64,000 nt of DNA from Candidatus Enterousia sp. (GCA_045593685.1 JAZNXD010000023.1:1715-65714); one strand, 5' to 3'; positions 36,663-45,758 are shown, numbered from the stretch's first letter. The notes: generated by a model from the letters alone, not told the origin. Numbers and translations: made by a program.

Positions 36663-36690
36663 TTTTGTCATTCCCGCGACGGCGGGGACC
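36663..36690 (+). repeat. dispersed palindromic element (GTCATTCCCGCG...CGGGGAC type)
   Basis: TTTTGTCATTCCCGCGACGGCGGGGACC resembles the variant unit at 28643. Confidence 0.6.
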
Positions 36691-36726
36691 ATTGCCTTTA
36701 CTTGCATTAAGCCACCACTAACCACT

Positions 36727-36757
36727 AAAAAAATCCCGCCAATTTGGCGGGTGTTTT
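36727..36757. terminator. bidirectional intrinsic terminator
   Basis: CCCGCCAATTTGGCGGG hairpin flanked by A7 and T5. Confidence 0.7.
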
Positions 36758-37758
36758 TATTTGATTAATTTGCCCATCGCAACGGCGGTATCTGACATGC
36801 GGTTTGAAAAACCCCACTCGTTATCATACCATGCGGTTACGTGCGCCAATTTATCGCCCAAAACCTTGGTCTGTCCCGCATCAAAGATGGAACTGTGCGC
36901 ATCATGGGTAAAGTCAATCGATACCAAAGGCAAATCATTATATCCAAATGTTTCGGATTGTGCGGCCTTCATCGCGCCGTTGATTTCTTCGACACTTGCA
37001 TCTTTGTTCAGGTTCACAACCAATTCCACAACCGATACGTCCGGTGTTGGAACGCGTATCGCCATACCGTCCAGTTTGCCCGCCAATTCCGGCAATACCA
37101 ATCCGATTGCCTTGGCTGCGCCCGTACTGGTCGGAATCATGGACAGGTTTGCCGCGCGTGCACGACGAAAGTCCTTGTGATTCTTGTCTAATAACTGTTG
37201 GTCGCCCGTGTATGCATGAACGGTCGTCATCCATCCCGACAAAACACCAAATTTATCATTTAACACTTTGACCACCGGGGCCAAGCAATTCGTTGTGCAC
37301 GATGCATTTGACACAATCAAATCATCTGCGGTCAGTGTATCTTGGTTAACACCATAGACAATCGTTTTATCTGCCCCCGCCGATGGTGCGGACACCAATA
37401 CGCGTTTCGCGCCCGCGTCCAAATGCACGCGTGCTTTGTCCGCCGCTGTAAAGATACCGGTACATTCCATAACGACATCTATATCTAATTCGCCCCATGG
37501 TAATTTTTCCGGGTCGCGTTCGGAAATGCACTTAATTTTTTGATTGCCAACCAAAATATATTCGCCTTCTAATTTGACATCCATCGGTAAATTTCCGTGC
37601 ACAGAATCATACTTTAACAGATATGCATTTTGTTCCGCCGGCGCCAAATCATTTACCGCCACAAATTCGATATCATCACGTTTTGATTCCAACGCCGCCC
37701 GCAACACCAAGCGTCCGATACGTCCGAAACCATTAATTGCTACTCTTAATTTTGACAT
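36757..37758 (-). CDS. gap: type I glyceraldehyde-3-phosphate dehydrogenase
   Basis: MSKLRVAINGFGRIGRLVLRA, active site SNASCTTNCLAP, WYDNEWGFSNR. ATG at 37758 with AAAGGAA SD. Confidence 0.92.
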   Translation of the reverse strand: MSKLRVAINGFGRIGRLVLRAALESKRDDIEFVAVNDLAPAEQNAYLLKYDSVHGNLPMDVKLEGEYILVGNQKIKCISERDPEKLPWGELDIDVVMECTGIFTAADKARVHLDAGAKRVLVSAPSAGADKTIVYGVNQDTLTADDLIVSNASCTTNCLAPVVKVLNDKFGVLSGWMTTVHAYTGDQQLLDKNHKDFRRARAANLSMIPTSTGAAKAIGLVLPELAGKLDGMAIRVPTPDVSVVELVVNLNKDASVEEINGAMKAAQSETFGYNDLPLVSIDFTHDAHSSIFDAGQTKVLGDKLAHVTAWYDNEWGFSNRMSDTAVAMGKLIK

Positions 37759-37869
37759 AAATATTTCCTTTCGTTTTTTATAATTGGACAAATTTATCAT
37801 AGCACCAGAATTTTCAAATTTACAATATTTTATTTACATTTGGGATAATTTGACTATAATCAACGCCAA

Positions 37870-38757
37870 ATGAAGCGCAGTGCATATATCATAGCCGGTC
37901 CGACCGCATCGGGTAAATCAGAATTTGCCCATCGTCTGGCGCGCCGTATCAATGGCACCATAATAAATTGTGACAGTGTTCAAATATACCGCGGAATTGA
38001 AAACATTTCGGCCAGTCCTTTTGCCTCCCGCCCATTATCTGACAACATAGACGGTATTCCGTATCGGTTGTTTTCCATATTGCCATTATCGGAACAAATA
38101 TCGGTTATGGATTATTTAAAATTGGCGCAATCAGAATATATGGCGGCGCACGCGGCGGGGCGTACCCCAATATTTGTTGGTGGAACGGGGTATTATATCA
38201 ATGCGTTGGTTCACGGTATTTCGCCGATGCCGGACATTTCGGACGAAAACCGCGCCCGTGCCCGTGACATGGTTGCGCGCGATTTACCCGGGGCGTTACA
38301 GTTATTACCTTCGGATTTCACCGCAACCGACCCCCAGCGTGTTTCCCGCGCGCTAGAGGTGTTTTTTCAAACCGGCCGTCACATCACAGAATTTCATGCG
38401 TCACCGCGCACGGGTGCGGTTGCGCCCGATGCATTTCGGGTTTTAATTAATCCTGATATTAATATATTGCGTGAACGTATCGCATCGCGTATACCTGAAA
38501 TGTTATCTGGTGGCGCCATGGACGAAGCAGGGCGGGTTATTGAATCTGGTTGGGATGAAGACCGCGCGATTGGCGCATCCCAGTTATGCAAGTTTATTCG
38601 TGGTGAACTGTCCCGGGACGAGTGTATAAAAAATTGGATAACCAAAACCAACCAATATGCCAAGCGTCAACGCACATGGTTTCGTACCCAGTATTCGCCC
38701 GACGTAATAATAAACTGCGCCGGCGGAACCGACGCAGACATTGACCTGATTGTTTAG
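37870..38757 (+). CDS. miaA: tRNA dimethylallyltransferase
   Basis: P-loop IIAGPTASGKSEFAHRLA, INCDSVQIYRG, FVGGTGYYINAL, TKTNQYAKRQRTWFR. Confidence 0.88.
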   Translation: MKRSAYIIAGPTASGKSEFAHRLARRINGTIINCDSVQIYRGIENISASPFASRPLSDNIDGIPYRLFSILPLSEQISVMDYLKLAQSEYMAAHAAGRTPIFVGGTGYYINALVHGISPMPDISDENRARARDMVARDLPGALQLLPSDFTATDPQRVSRALEVFFQTGRHITEFHASPRTGAVAPDAFRVLINPDINILRERIASRIPEMLSGGAMDEAGRVIESGWDEDRAIGASQLCKFIRGELSRDECIKNWITKTNQYAKRQRTWFRTQYSPDVIINCAGGTDADIDLIV

Positions 38758-38768
38758 TCTTTTGTATT

Positions 38769-39326
38769 TTATTTTTTCTTTGTATAAACTAAAACCTTAA
38801 CGAATCCGCACAGAACATCTTGTTCCGTTTTATAATCGTGCATTGCGCGTGCAACGGAATGTTTGGTATTATTTTTTTGTTTTCTGCGTGGGGATATCTG
38901 TGCAGAATAGCGCTTGGCGGCCTGACGTGCCAACAATCTATTAATATATTGGTTTTCATCCCATAACAGTTGTTGCAGTCTTTTGTATTCTGCTTCCTTG
39001 GTTTGATTTGGGTTTTTTCTGACGGTGTATTCGGCCAAATATTGTGAAATCAAATCGATAAGCGGATACAAGAAGTTGGGATCCGTTGCCATACCATCGC
39101 GCAGATCCAGCATTCGAATATACAATTTTGTTTCACGCAAAGCATAGTCTTCAATCTTTGGGGAATATGTAAAACATGTGCGCCAAGAATCGCCCAGTAC
39201 TTCATATGTTTGGTACGAACCGCCATATGTTTCGATAACGTGTTCTGAAATATTGCGTGCATATTGGCGCAACTGTTCCGAAACTATTGCGCTCTTTTTT
39301 TTGGGGTGCTTGCTTGTGTTTGGCAT
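38769..39326 (-). CDS. hypothetical protein
   Basis: 185-aa ORF downstream of the kinase-like gene on the same strand, in a stretch that looks AT-rich by eye. I recognise no family. Confidence 0.45.
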   Translation of the reverse strand: MPNTSKHPKKKSAIVSEQLRQYARNISEHVIETYGGSYQTYEVLGDSWRTCFTYSPKIEDYALRETKLYIRMLDLRDGMATDPNFLYPLIDLISQYLAEYTVRKNPNQTKEAEYKRLQQLLWDENQYINRLLARQAAKRYSAQISPRRKQKNNTKHSVARAMHDYKTEQDVLCGFVKVLVYTKKK

Positions 39327-39379
39327 AATGTCCTCTTTTTATTATTTATGATTACATTATAGTCCAAAAATATAATTTG

Positions 39380-40099
39380 TCAAGCCTTGGCTTGTAACTT
39401 CTCGTATTCACGCCGAATTTCATCGCCTATGCCGGATTTTCGCATTTTTTCAGAAAATTGCACACAGTTTTCCAGTTCTGTTTCCAAAGTTCCCCATCCG
39501 GAATATTCCCAATCGATAATTCCGACTATTTTCATTGTTTTTTCATCAACGATGATATTGTTACATATATCATTATGATTCCAGCCATCACCGTCCCCGT
39601 TTTTCAGGTCCGATATTTCCGCCGGATCTGTGTTATGCATTGCATTTATAAATCCCGCCAACTGTCTGCCCCAGCGTTTTTTATACTTTACGATGGTTTT
39701 CAGTGGCAGACGATTTAAATTCTTCCCGGGAATAAAGTTGTATTTATAAAAAGTATATTTGTCTGTATTTAAAATATCTATATTTAATATTTGCAACGGC
39801 ACAATATTGGCAAACGCATCCGTGATACGTTTTTCGCGCATAATTTTTTCTGTTGGTATTTCGCGGTCAAAGTGTTTGCGAATTTTACACACATATTTAT
39901 TATCAACGATAAATCCGATGTTCCATCCGCCCTTGATGACGCGCACGTGTTTAAATTCTGCATTTGTCAGGGTCGCCCGCAACGCGTTATATTTTTTGCG
40001 GTAATCATATAAATCCACGCGTCGAATTTTTTCACGCAATGTTTTGTTCGGAATCAATCCGACCAAGAAATCACAAACTTCAAAATACAGACGCCACAT
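39380..40099 (-). CDS. aminoglycoside/choline-kinase-like phosphotransferase (APH family fold)
   Basis: Catalytic-loop-like WNHNDICNNIIVDEKTMKIVGIIDWEYSGWG (H.D....N ... D.E motif of APH/ChoK kinases). Confidence 0.6.
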   Translation of the reverse strand: MWRLYFEVCDFLVGLIPNKTLREKIRRVDLYDYRKKYNALRATLTNAEFKHVRVIKGGWNIGFIVDNKYVCKIRKHFDREIPTEKIMREKRITDAFANIVPLQILNIDILNTDKYTFYKYNFIPGKNLNRLPLKTIVKYKKRWGRQLAGFINAMHNTDPAEISDLKNGDGDGWNHNDICNNIIVDEKTMKIVGIIDWEYSGWGTLETELENCVQFSEKMRKSGIGDEIRREYEKLQAKA

Positions 40100-40167
40100 T
40101 ATAAATCCACCCCTTTGGACAACATGTCATAAATGGTATTGAATTTTATGAAAAAAACAAGTATTTT

Positions 40168-42366
40168 ATGACTATGTTTAATTCCGGCACAGTTGTCAAA
40201 GTCTTGGTATCTAATATTCCAAATGCGGGTTACGATTATCGTCTGACCACGCCGGCGGACATTGGCGCCTTTGTATCGGTACGTGTTATGAACCGCCCAT
40301 GTGTTGGTGTTATTTGGGGATTGGGGGACAGTGGTCTGGCGCCCGAAAAAATCAAGAACATATCTGCGGTACACGATGCCAAATTGAACATCACAGATTT
40401 ACAGTGGATTAAACGCATGTCAGATTGGACACTGATTCCGCCCGGCATGGTATTGCGTTTAATTGTAAATATTCCCGATGCTTTTTCGCCCCCCCGCACG
40501 GAACAGTTGTATTCTTTTAACTTTGACACACCGGCCCGCATGACGGAAAATCGTATTGCGGTAATGGATGCGTTTACATCAAATGATAACGAACCCATGA
40601 CGATATCGGATATACAAAACATTTCACATGTATCGGGTGCGGTTATTCGGGGGATGATTAAGAACGAAACATTAATTGCATGTGATGTTCGCGAAAAGCG
40701 CGCGGACGATTTTTCATATACCTATACGGATTCGGGCTCTGTCACATTAAATCCGGAACAGCGTATTGCCGCGGATAAAATTGGCGATGCGATAACCACG
40801 GGCGGTTTTTCGGTGTATTTATTGGACGGCATCACGGGCAGTGGCAAGACCCAGGTATACTTTGATTCGGCATTTCGCGCATATCGGGCCGGCAAATCTG
40901 TTTTGCTGATGATGCCGGAAATTGCCCTGACTGCGCAATTTATGACGCGTTTCACCCGGCGTTTTGGTGCCCCCCCCGTAATTTGGCACAGTAATCTGAC
41001 CGCCGCCCGCCGTCGTCAAATATGGCGTGGTGTTTTAAGTGGCAAAATCCGCATGGTTGTCGGCACGCGCAGTGCATTGTTTTTGCCGTGGATGGATTTG
41101 GGATTAATCGTAATTGACGAAGAACACGACACGTCTTATAAACAGGAAGACATGGGCAATTACCATGCACGTGACATGGCGATTTTACGTGCCAAGATTT
41201 CGGGCTTTCCGGTTGTGTTGGCATCGGCGACACCTGCGGCGGAAACGCTGGAAAATGTAAATGCGGGCAAATATACGCGATTGTGCCTGACGTCGCGATT
41301 TGGCGGGGCGCAAATACCGGAAATAAAAACGATTGATTTACGTGAATCGCGTCCCACGCCATATGTTGCCGATAATGCCGAACAGACGGGTTTTCTGTCT
41401 GCGCCCCTGTGCGATGCGATTGGCGAAACACTAAATGCGGGGCGTCAAACGATGTTATTTATCAATCGTCGTGGTTTTGCGCCGATTACCCAATGTAAAA
41501 AGTGCGGTTGGACGGCGACCTGTCCGGATTGCAGTGTTGGCATGACCTATCACAAGCGCGTTGGAAAATTATTATGTCACATGTGTGGCCGAACCGCGCC
41601 ACTAAACAGGGCGTGTCCCGATTGCGGCACCGATGTATCGATGCGTGGTGTTGGCCTGGAAAAGATTCAGCAAGAGGTTGCCGTTCGTTTCCCCACCGCG
41701 CGCACCGCATTGGTGTCCAGTGATATTATCACGTCGCGCATGGCGCTGGAACGCTTGGTAAATAAAATGGAATCCGGGGAAATAGACATTGTTATTGGCA
41801 CACAAATCCTGGCCAAGGGACATCATTTTCCGAATCTGACATTGGTTGGTGTTGTTGATGCCGATATGGGATTGTTCGGTACCGATTTTCGCGCCGCCGA
41901 ACATACTTTTCAACAGTTATTCCAGGTCGCCGGTCGTGCCGGCCGTGGCGAATTCCCGGGGCGCGTATTACTGCAAACGTATCAGCCCGAACATCCCGTC
42001 CTAACTGCGATATGTGCGGGCGATCGTGACACCTTTATGGCCGATGACATGGCGGCCCGTCGCGTGGCGCAAATGCCACCCTATGGTCAGTTAATTGCGA
42101 TTATTATCGAAGGTCAACGCGAATCGGTCTTGCAACGTTACTGTGCCGACCTGGCATCCGTTGCGCCGGTTGTAAACGGTGCCCGCATAATGGGCCCCAT
42201 CACCGCCCAGGTATATCAAATACGTAATTGGTATCGCATGCGTTTTTTAATTGCGGGTGGCGCGACCGCGGGATTGCAACCGATTGTATCGCGTTGGTTG
42301 GGCAAAATAAAAACGCCCGCCAATATTCGGATTAAGATAGATGTAAATCCGATTAATTTTATGTAA
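40168..42366 (+). CDS. priA: primosomal replication-restart helicase PriA
   Basis: Walker A LLDGITGSGKTQVY, DEEHDTSYKQ, Zn-finger CKKCGWTATCPDCSVGMTYHKRVGKLLCHMCG...CPDCG. 732 aa. Confidence 0.9.
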   Translation: MTMFNSGTVVKVLVSNIPNAGYDYRLTTPADIGAFVSVRVMNRPCVGVIWGLGDSGLAPEKIKNISAVHDAKLNITDLQWIKRMSDWTLIPPGMVLRLIVNIPDAFSPPRTEQLYSFNFDTPARMTENRIAVMDAFTSNDNEPMTISDIQNISHVSGAVIRGMIKNETLIACDVREKRADDFSYTYTDSGSVTLNPEQRIAADKIGDAITTGGFSVYLLDGITGSGKTQVYFDSAFRAYRAGKSVLLMMPEIALTAQFMTRFTRRFGAPPVIWHSNLTAARRRQIWRGVLSGKIRMVVGTRSALFLPWMDLGLIVIDEEHDTSYKQEDMGNYHARDMAILRAKISGFPVVLASATPAAETLENVNAGKYTRLCLTSRFGGAQIPEIKTIDLRESRPTPYVADNAEQTGFLSAPLCDAIGETLNAGRQTMLFINRRGFAPITQCKKCGWTATCPDCSVGMTYHKRVGKLLCHMCGRTAPLNRACPDCGTDVSMRGVGLEKIQQEVAVRFPTARTALVSSDIITSRMALERLVNKMESGEIDIVIGTQILAKGHHFPNLTLVGVVDADMGLFGTDFRAAEHTFQQLFQVAGRAGRGEFPGRVLLQTYQPEHPVLTAICAGDRDTFMADDMAARRVAQMPPYGQLIAIIIEGQRESVLQRYCADLASVAPVVNGARIMGPITAQVYQIRNWYRMRFLIAGGATAGLQPIVSRWLGKIKTPANIRIKIDVNPINFM

Positions 42367-42375
42367 TTTTTGTTG

Positions 42376-42582
42376 TTGAAAATCATACACGATTTTTTTA
42401 TCATGACAACGTCGCAATGGTGTTTATTGCGATGGGGCGTCGAAACCCGTTATAAGGCATCGATTCAGATGAAAAAAAACTCCAACCCCGGGTTGGAGGG
42501 CGGTGAATATATTGAATAAACCCGCTATTCCTTATAATAGTTTCGAACCTCCAACCGCTTTGACCAACAATGCGGTTTTTTT
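42376..42582 (+). promoter_or_regulatory. promoter plus ~175-nt structured leader ending in an intrinsic terminator (leader family copy B)
   Basis: TTGAAA (42376-81), 17-nt spacer, TATCAT (42399-404). Hairpin CGCAAT/ATTGCG. Block GATGGGGCGTCGAAACCCGTTATAAGGCATC (42431-61). CTCCAACC / GGTTGGAGG / CCTCCAACC triple. Identical 17-nt loop GTGAATATATTGAATAA (42503-19). Terminator ACCGC..GCGGT+T7 (42554-82). Confidence 0.55.
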
Positions 42583-42600
42583 GAAAGAAAGGGGGAAATT

Positions 42601-43857
42601 TTGAAACGCTATTTTGTTCGGTTTGTGGGTACGGTTTTATCTGCGTTAACGGCATTTTTGACAACGGATCGTGCCGAATCCGCGCCACATTTTGATTATG
42701 AAAAAACATTCACATTGGGCAATGATAAATATACAATCACCGTTTACACCGGTGCGGCATGGTACGTTGGTTGGGTAAACCTAAACCCAAAAACAAATTC
42801 CGATGCCACGGTGGATTCAAGATGGAACAATGTATGGCGCTCTTATAATGCAGAATATTATGATCAGCCAATGGTTATCGATTATAACGCCACATCGGGC
42901 AGTTCGTCATCTGGGTATACCGGGGTTTTGATATCCGAACGCAGATTCACACGACAAATGGACTCTTATAACCCGATAAAGTTTAGCCGTTATGTGGATT
43001 CCGATGCCGAGCAGTATTTGCTGTTTGATAAATGGGTCAATTGGATTATTGATATGCCATTACTGGCATATTCGCGCAGCAGCAGTACATTTACCAATGT
43101 TGGTTGTTGTCAATATACCCCGACCGGACACACCCCGGGCAGTTACGGCTTTTCATACAGTGGTGATGGCCGTGCTGCGGATGTATGCCCGTGTTTCTAT
43201 ACCACCGCGGACAAGGTTTATACCGGTAATTCTTGCGAACAATATCAAGGCAGGGGCAAAGATTTTTGTACCGGTACATCGGTAATGGGTGTTGGTGATG
43301 AAACCAGTTCTAATTGGCCCGCCGTGGTGCGCGACGTGTTCTTTTGCTATACATATTCGGGCTGCACCAGCAGTGACACAATGTATAAATCATTTGACCC
43401 TGTAAATTATACGGGGCTAAGTGGTTGTCACATGATACGTGTCCCAATGGTCGGTTTGGTTGGTGCATATGAAAATGATTTGCAATATAATGTCGATTAT
43501 GTTTTGTTCGCAAACGGCAGTGTTGGTTTTAACGTGTTTAACCCCGAATTGGTCGAAGAAATGGATTGCGAAGCGGGCTCTAACAATCAAAAGTTCATGA
43601 GTTGCGCATCCGGCGCCACGCCAAATCTTGGTTATTTAACGTACGGTGGAACGGATGGTTGCTATACATGCCCAACTGTTGCTGGGATTTCGGTTGGTGG
43701 TTATGCGCTAAGTAATACTTCCTTCTATGTGGACGAAGAAACCGCGGGTGTTGGTGCGTGTAAATTTATAAAGCCAACATCGTCGGACACCGGTGGTGTA
43801 TTTGAGTTGACCACGTACGCGGGCGCCAGCCAAACCTGTTATGGATTTGAATCATAA
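42601..43857 (+). CDS. secreted cysteine-containing hypothetical protein
   Basis: TTG start after GGGGGAAATT. N-terminal signal/anchor MKRYFVRFVGTVLSALTAFLTT. 418 aa, ~20 Cys, Tyr/Gly/Ser/Thr-rich. I recognise no family. Confidence 0.55.
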   Translation: MKRYFVRFVGTVLSALTAFLTTDRAESAPHFDYEKTFTLGNDKYTITVYTGAAWYVGWVNLNPKTNSDATVDSRWNNVWRSYNAEYYDQPMVIDYNATSGSSSSGYTGVLISERRFTRQMDSYNPIKFSRYVDSDAEQYLLFDKWVNWIIDMPLLAYSRSSSTFTNVGCCQYTPTGHTPGSYGFSYSGDGRAADVCPCFYTTADKVYTGNSCEQYQGRGKDFCTGTSVMGVGDETSSNWPAVVRDVFFCYTYSGCTSSDTMYKSFDPVNYTGLSGCHMIRVPMVGLVGAYENDLQYNVDYVLFANGSVGFNVFNPELVEEMDCEAGSNNQKFMSCASGATPNLGYLTYGGTDGCYTCPTVAGISVGGYALSNTSFYVDEETAGVGACKFIKPTSSDTGGVFELTTYAGASQTCYGFES

Positions 43858-43865
43858 AATAAAAA

Positions 43866-43893
43866 CTTGCCCACCACACGGTGGGTTTTTTTA
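43866..43893 (+). terminator. intrinsic terminator
   Basis: CCCACCACACGGTGGG hairpin plus T7. Confidence 0.7.
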
Positions 43894-43913
43894 TGTGTTT
43901 TTTCAAAAATAAC

Positions 43914-43951
43914 TGTCATCCCACGGCTTGACCGCGGGACCCAGGTTTGTC
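43914..43951 (+). repeat. dispersed palindromic element (same family as the 28367 array)
   Basis: TGTCATCCCACGGCTTGACCGCGGGACCCAGGTTTGTC. It is the source of the spurious VIPRLDRGTQ peptide in ORF 43867..44172. Confidence 0.7.
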
Positions 43952-44145
43952 AAAAAAAACACCGCCGTTGCCGGCGGTATTTCCGAGTGCCCCGAAAGGA
44001 AGGAAAGGAGAAAAAGAAATTGGGCACTCTAAACTTGTTTCTGGGGTCCCAGAGTCCAGAGGAGAGAGAATGTAGGAGGGAGTCTGAACCTCTGGTCCCC
44101 ACAGATGCTTTCGCACCTGGTCATCGGGATTTGTCCCCTCTGACG
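43952..44145 (-). ncRNA. candidate ~190-nt small RNA with CU-rich (anti-SD-like) hairpin loops
   Basis: On the minus strand: TTGACA (44175-80), 17-nt spacer, TATATT (44152-57). Two long hairpins (GGGGACCAGAGG...CCTCTGG...CCCC with loop containing CTCCCTCCTAC; GAGTGCCC...GGGCACTC with loop TTTCTTTTTCTCCTTTCCTTCCTTTC). Terminator ACCGCCGGCAACGGCGGT + T8 (43952-43978). No convincing ORF or RBS. Confidence 0.5.
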
Positions 44146-44347
44146 AATCGAAATATAGTATACAAAAAATGATTTGTCAAGACTTTTGTCAAAAAAATTT
44201 TTTGTGTGGTGAATTTTTTCTTTCTTGTGCCCCGGTTCCTAGGAAATGCTACTGCTTGTAAGGCGTGCCTGTGTGGAATAAAATCAACATATACTAGACG
44301 GCGGATGTTTTGTTCTAGTGAATTAAAAAAATAACAGGGAGAGAATA

Positions 44348-44593
44348 ATGACACACGAAGAAGTATGGCGCGCAATCGAACGCTTTGCAACCGAACACGG
44401 CATGTCCTGTTCCGGGTTGGCGAAATGCAGCGGACTGGATCCAACAACGTTTAATCGTTCCAAACGCTGGTCCAAAGAGGGCCAGCCCCGTTGGCCATCG
44501 ACAAACAGCATTTCCAAAATTTTGGCATCCACCGGTGCCAAGATAACGGATTTTACCAAGTTTATCGGTGCCACCGACGGCGCCCGGGATTAA
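44348..44593 (+). CDS. short HTH DNA-binding protein (paralog of 9943..10188)
   Basis: MTHEEVWRAIERFATEHGMSCSGLAKCSGLDPTTFNRSKRWSKEGQPRWPSTNSISKIL aligns along its full length with the 9943 protein. SD GGGAGAG upstream. Confidence 0.6.
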   Translation: MTHEEVWRAIERFATEHGMSCSGLAKCSGLDPTTFNRSKRWSKEGQPRWPSTNSISKILASTGAKITDFTKFIGATDGARD

Positions 44594-44686
44594 CACACAT
44601 ACGGATTTCGACACCCCAAACCACGGCCATATTTTGTCCGTGGTTTTTTATTGGACAATAATGATAATGTTCGCTAATATAAACAT

Positions 44687-45106
44687 ATGCTAAATGGCGT
44701 TCGTATTTTTGCATCTGATAAAATATGGCGACAAATCTTGGCGGATTTTGGGGCAACTGTTTTGGACGCGCCAACCGCTGTGGATATAAATTTTGATGAA
44801 TTGGATATCCACGATATTATTTCCCCCTTGCGGTTAAAGGCACTGATTCTGTCCGCCACGGATGGCGCAGATGTTCTTGTTCATATCTTTGGTCGGCATG
44901 TATCATTGCCACATTTGCAATCACAAATAGTCATATTGTTGTATAAAACGGGTGGGTTATCTGCATCCGGGTTGCGTGGCGCACTGGGGTTTGCACCGGA
45001 CGTTACCACACATACGATTGATACGGCGATATATCAACTGCGTCAAAAATATGGACGTGATTTTATCAAAAATATTGATGGGGTGTATAAAATTGGCCGG
45101 TTATAA
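44687..45106 (+). CDS. winged-helix (OmpR/PhoB C-terminal-type) DNA-binding protein without a recognisable receiver domain
   Basis: C-terminal LQSQIVILLYKTGGLSASGLRGALGFAPDVTTHTIDTAIYQLRQKYGRDFIKNIDGVYKIG resembles a trans_reg_C winged helix. Confidence 0.5.
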   Translation: MLNGVRIFASDKIWRQILADFGATVLDAPTAVDINFDELDIHDIISPLRLKALILSATDGADVLVHIFGRHVSLPHLQSQIVILLYKTGGLSASGLRGALGFAPDVTTHTIDTAIYQLRQKYGRDFIKNIDGVYKIGRL

Positions 45107-45758
45107 ATTAATATCTTTTGACAAAATCCCCAGCACCCAGGACTATGCCCACGAATTAATTGCGCGTGGCGGTGCATCCGATCACACCGCCATTTGGGCA
45201 TTGGCGCAATCGGCGGGGCGGGGGCGTTTTCGTCGTGCATGGGTTTCACACCATGGTAATTTGTACGTCAGTTTTATTTTTGATTGTCCCGAACGTGATC
45301 CGCGCATATCATACGCGGTTGCGGTTGCGGTGGCTGAAACGATTGCTTCGTTTGGAATTGGTCCAACTATAAAATGGCCAAACGATATTTTGGTTGATGG
45401 GAAAAAAATTGCGGGTTGCTTGATTGAATATTCGGGGCGCTTTGTTGTTGTTGGCGTTGGGATAAATATAAAATCAAATCCGACCGTCGAACGTTATAAA
45501 ACCACCAAGATGGATAATTTTTCTGATGTGCCATTGGAATCGCTATTAAATCGTTTGATGCGCAATATAGACCGTTGGCGTCGCACGGATTTTCGTGCCG
45601 TGCGTGAACGGTGGCTGGAATTGGCGGCGTGTTTAAATTGCCCCGTCCGGTACCAGGGACAAATGGCAACATTGGTTGGGATAAACGAAAATGGTGCACT
45701 GATTTTGCGTCGTGATACGCGCTATTTATTGGTATACGGTGATGAAATAAGTGTTTAA
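45051..45758 (+). CDS. birA: biotin-[acetyl-CoA-carboxylase] ligase (group I BirA)
   Basis: FDKIPSTQDYA, AQSAGRGRFRRAWVS (GRGR.GR.W motif), KWPNDILVDGKKIAGCLIE. The start is uncertain (ATG at 45051 or 45078); both overlap the upstream gene. Confidence 0.8.
   Translation: MDVILSKILMGCIKLAGYKLISFDKIPSTQDYAHELIARGGASDHTAIWALAQSAGRGRFRRAWVSHHGNLYVSFIFDCPERDPRISYAVAVAVAETIASFGIGPTIKWPNDILVDGKKIAGCLIEYSGRFVVVGVGINIKSNPTVERYKTTKMDNFSDVPLESLLNRLMRNIDRWRRTDFRAVRERWLELAACLNCPVRYQGQMATLVGINENGALILRRDTRYLLVYGDEISV

Noticed and set aside
43980-44145. SRP RNA, RNase P RNA, tmRNA or 6S RNA identity for the sRNA candidate
   Set aside because: I could not find the conserved cores (GGAAGCAGCC-type SRP domain IV, GAGGAAAGTCCGGGC of RNase P, a tRNA-like acceptor/T-arm for tmRNA) or a single long rod with a central bubble as in 6S. 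It is left as an unclassified sRNA.
43867-44172. 101-aa plus-strand ORF
   Set aside because: It is translated from the palindromic repeat element (VIPRLDRGTQ) and the antisense of the sRNA candidate. It has a TTG start without an SD and crosses a terminator.
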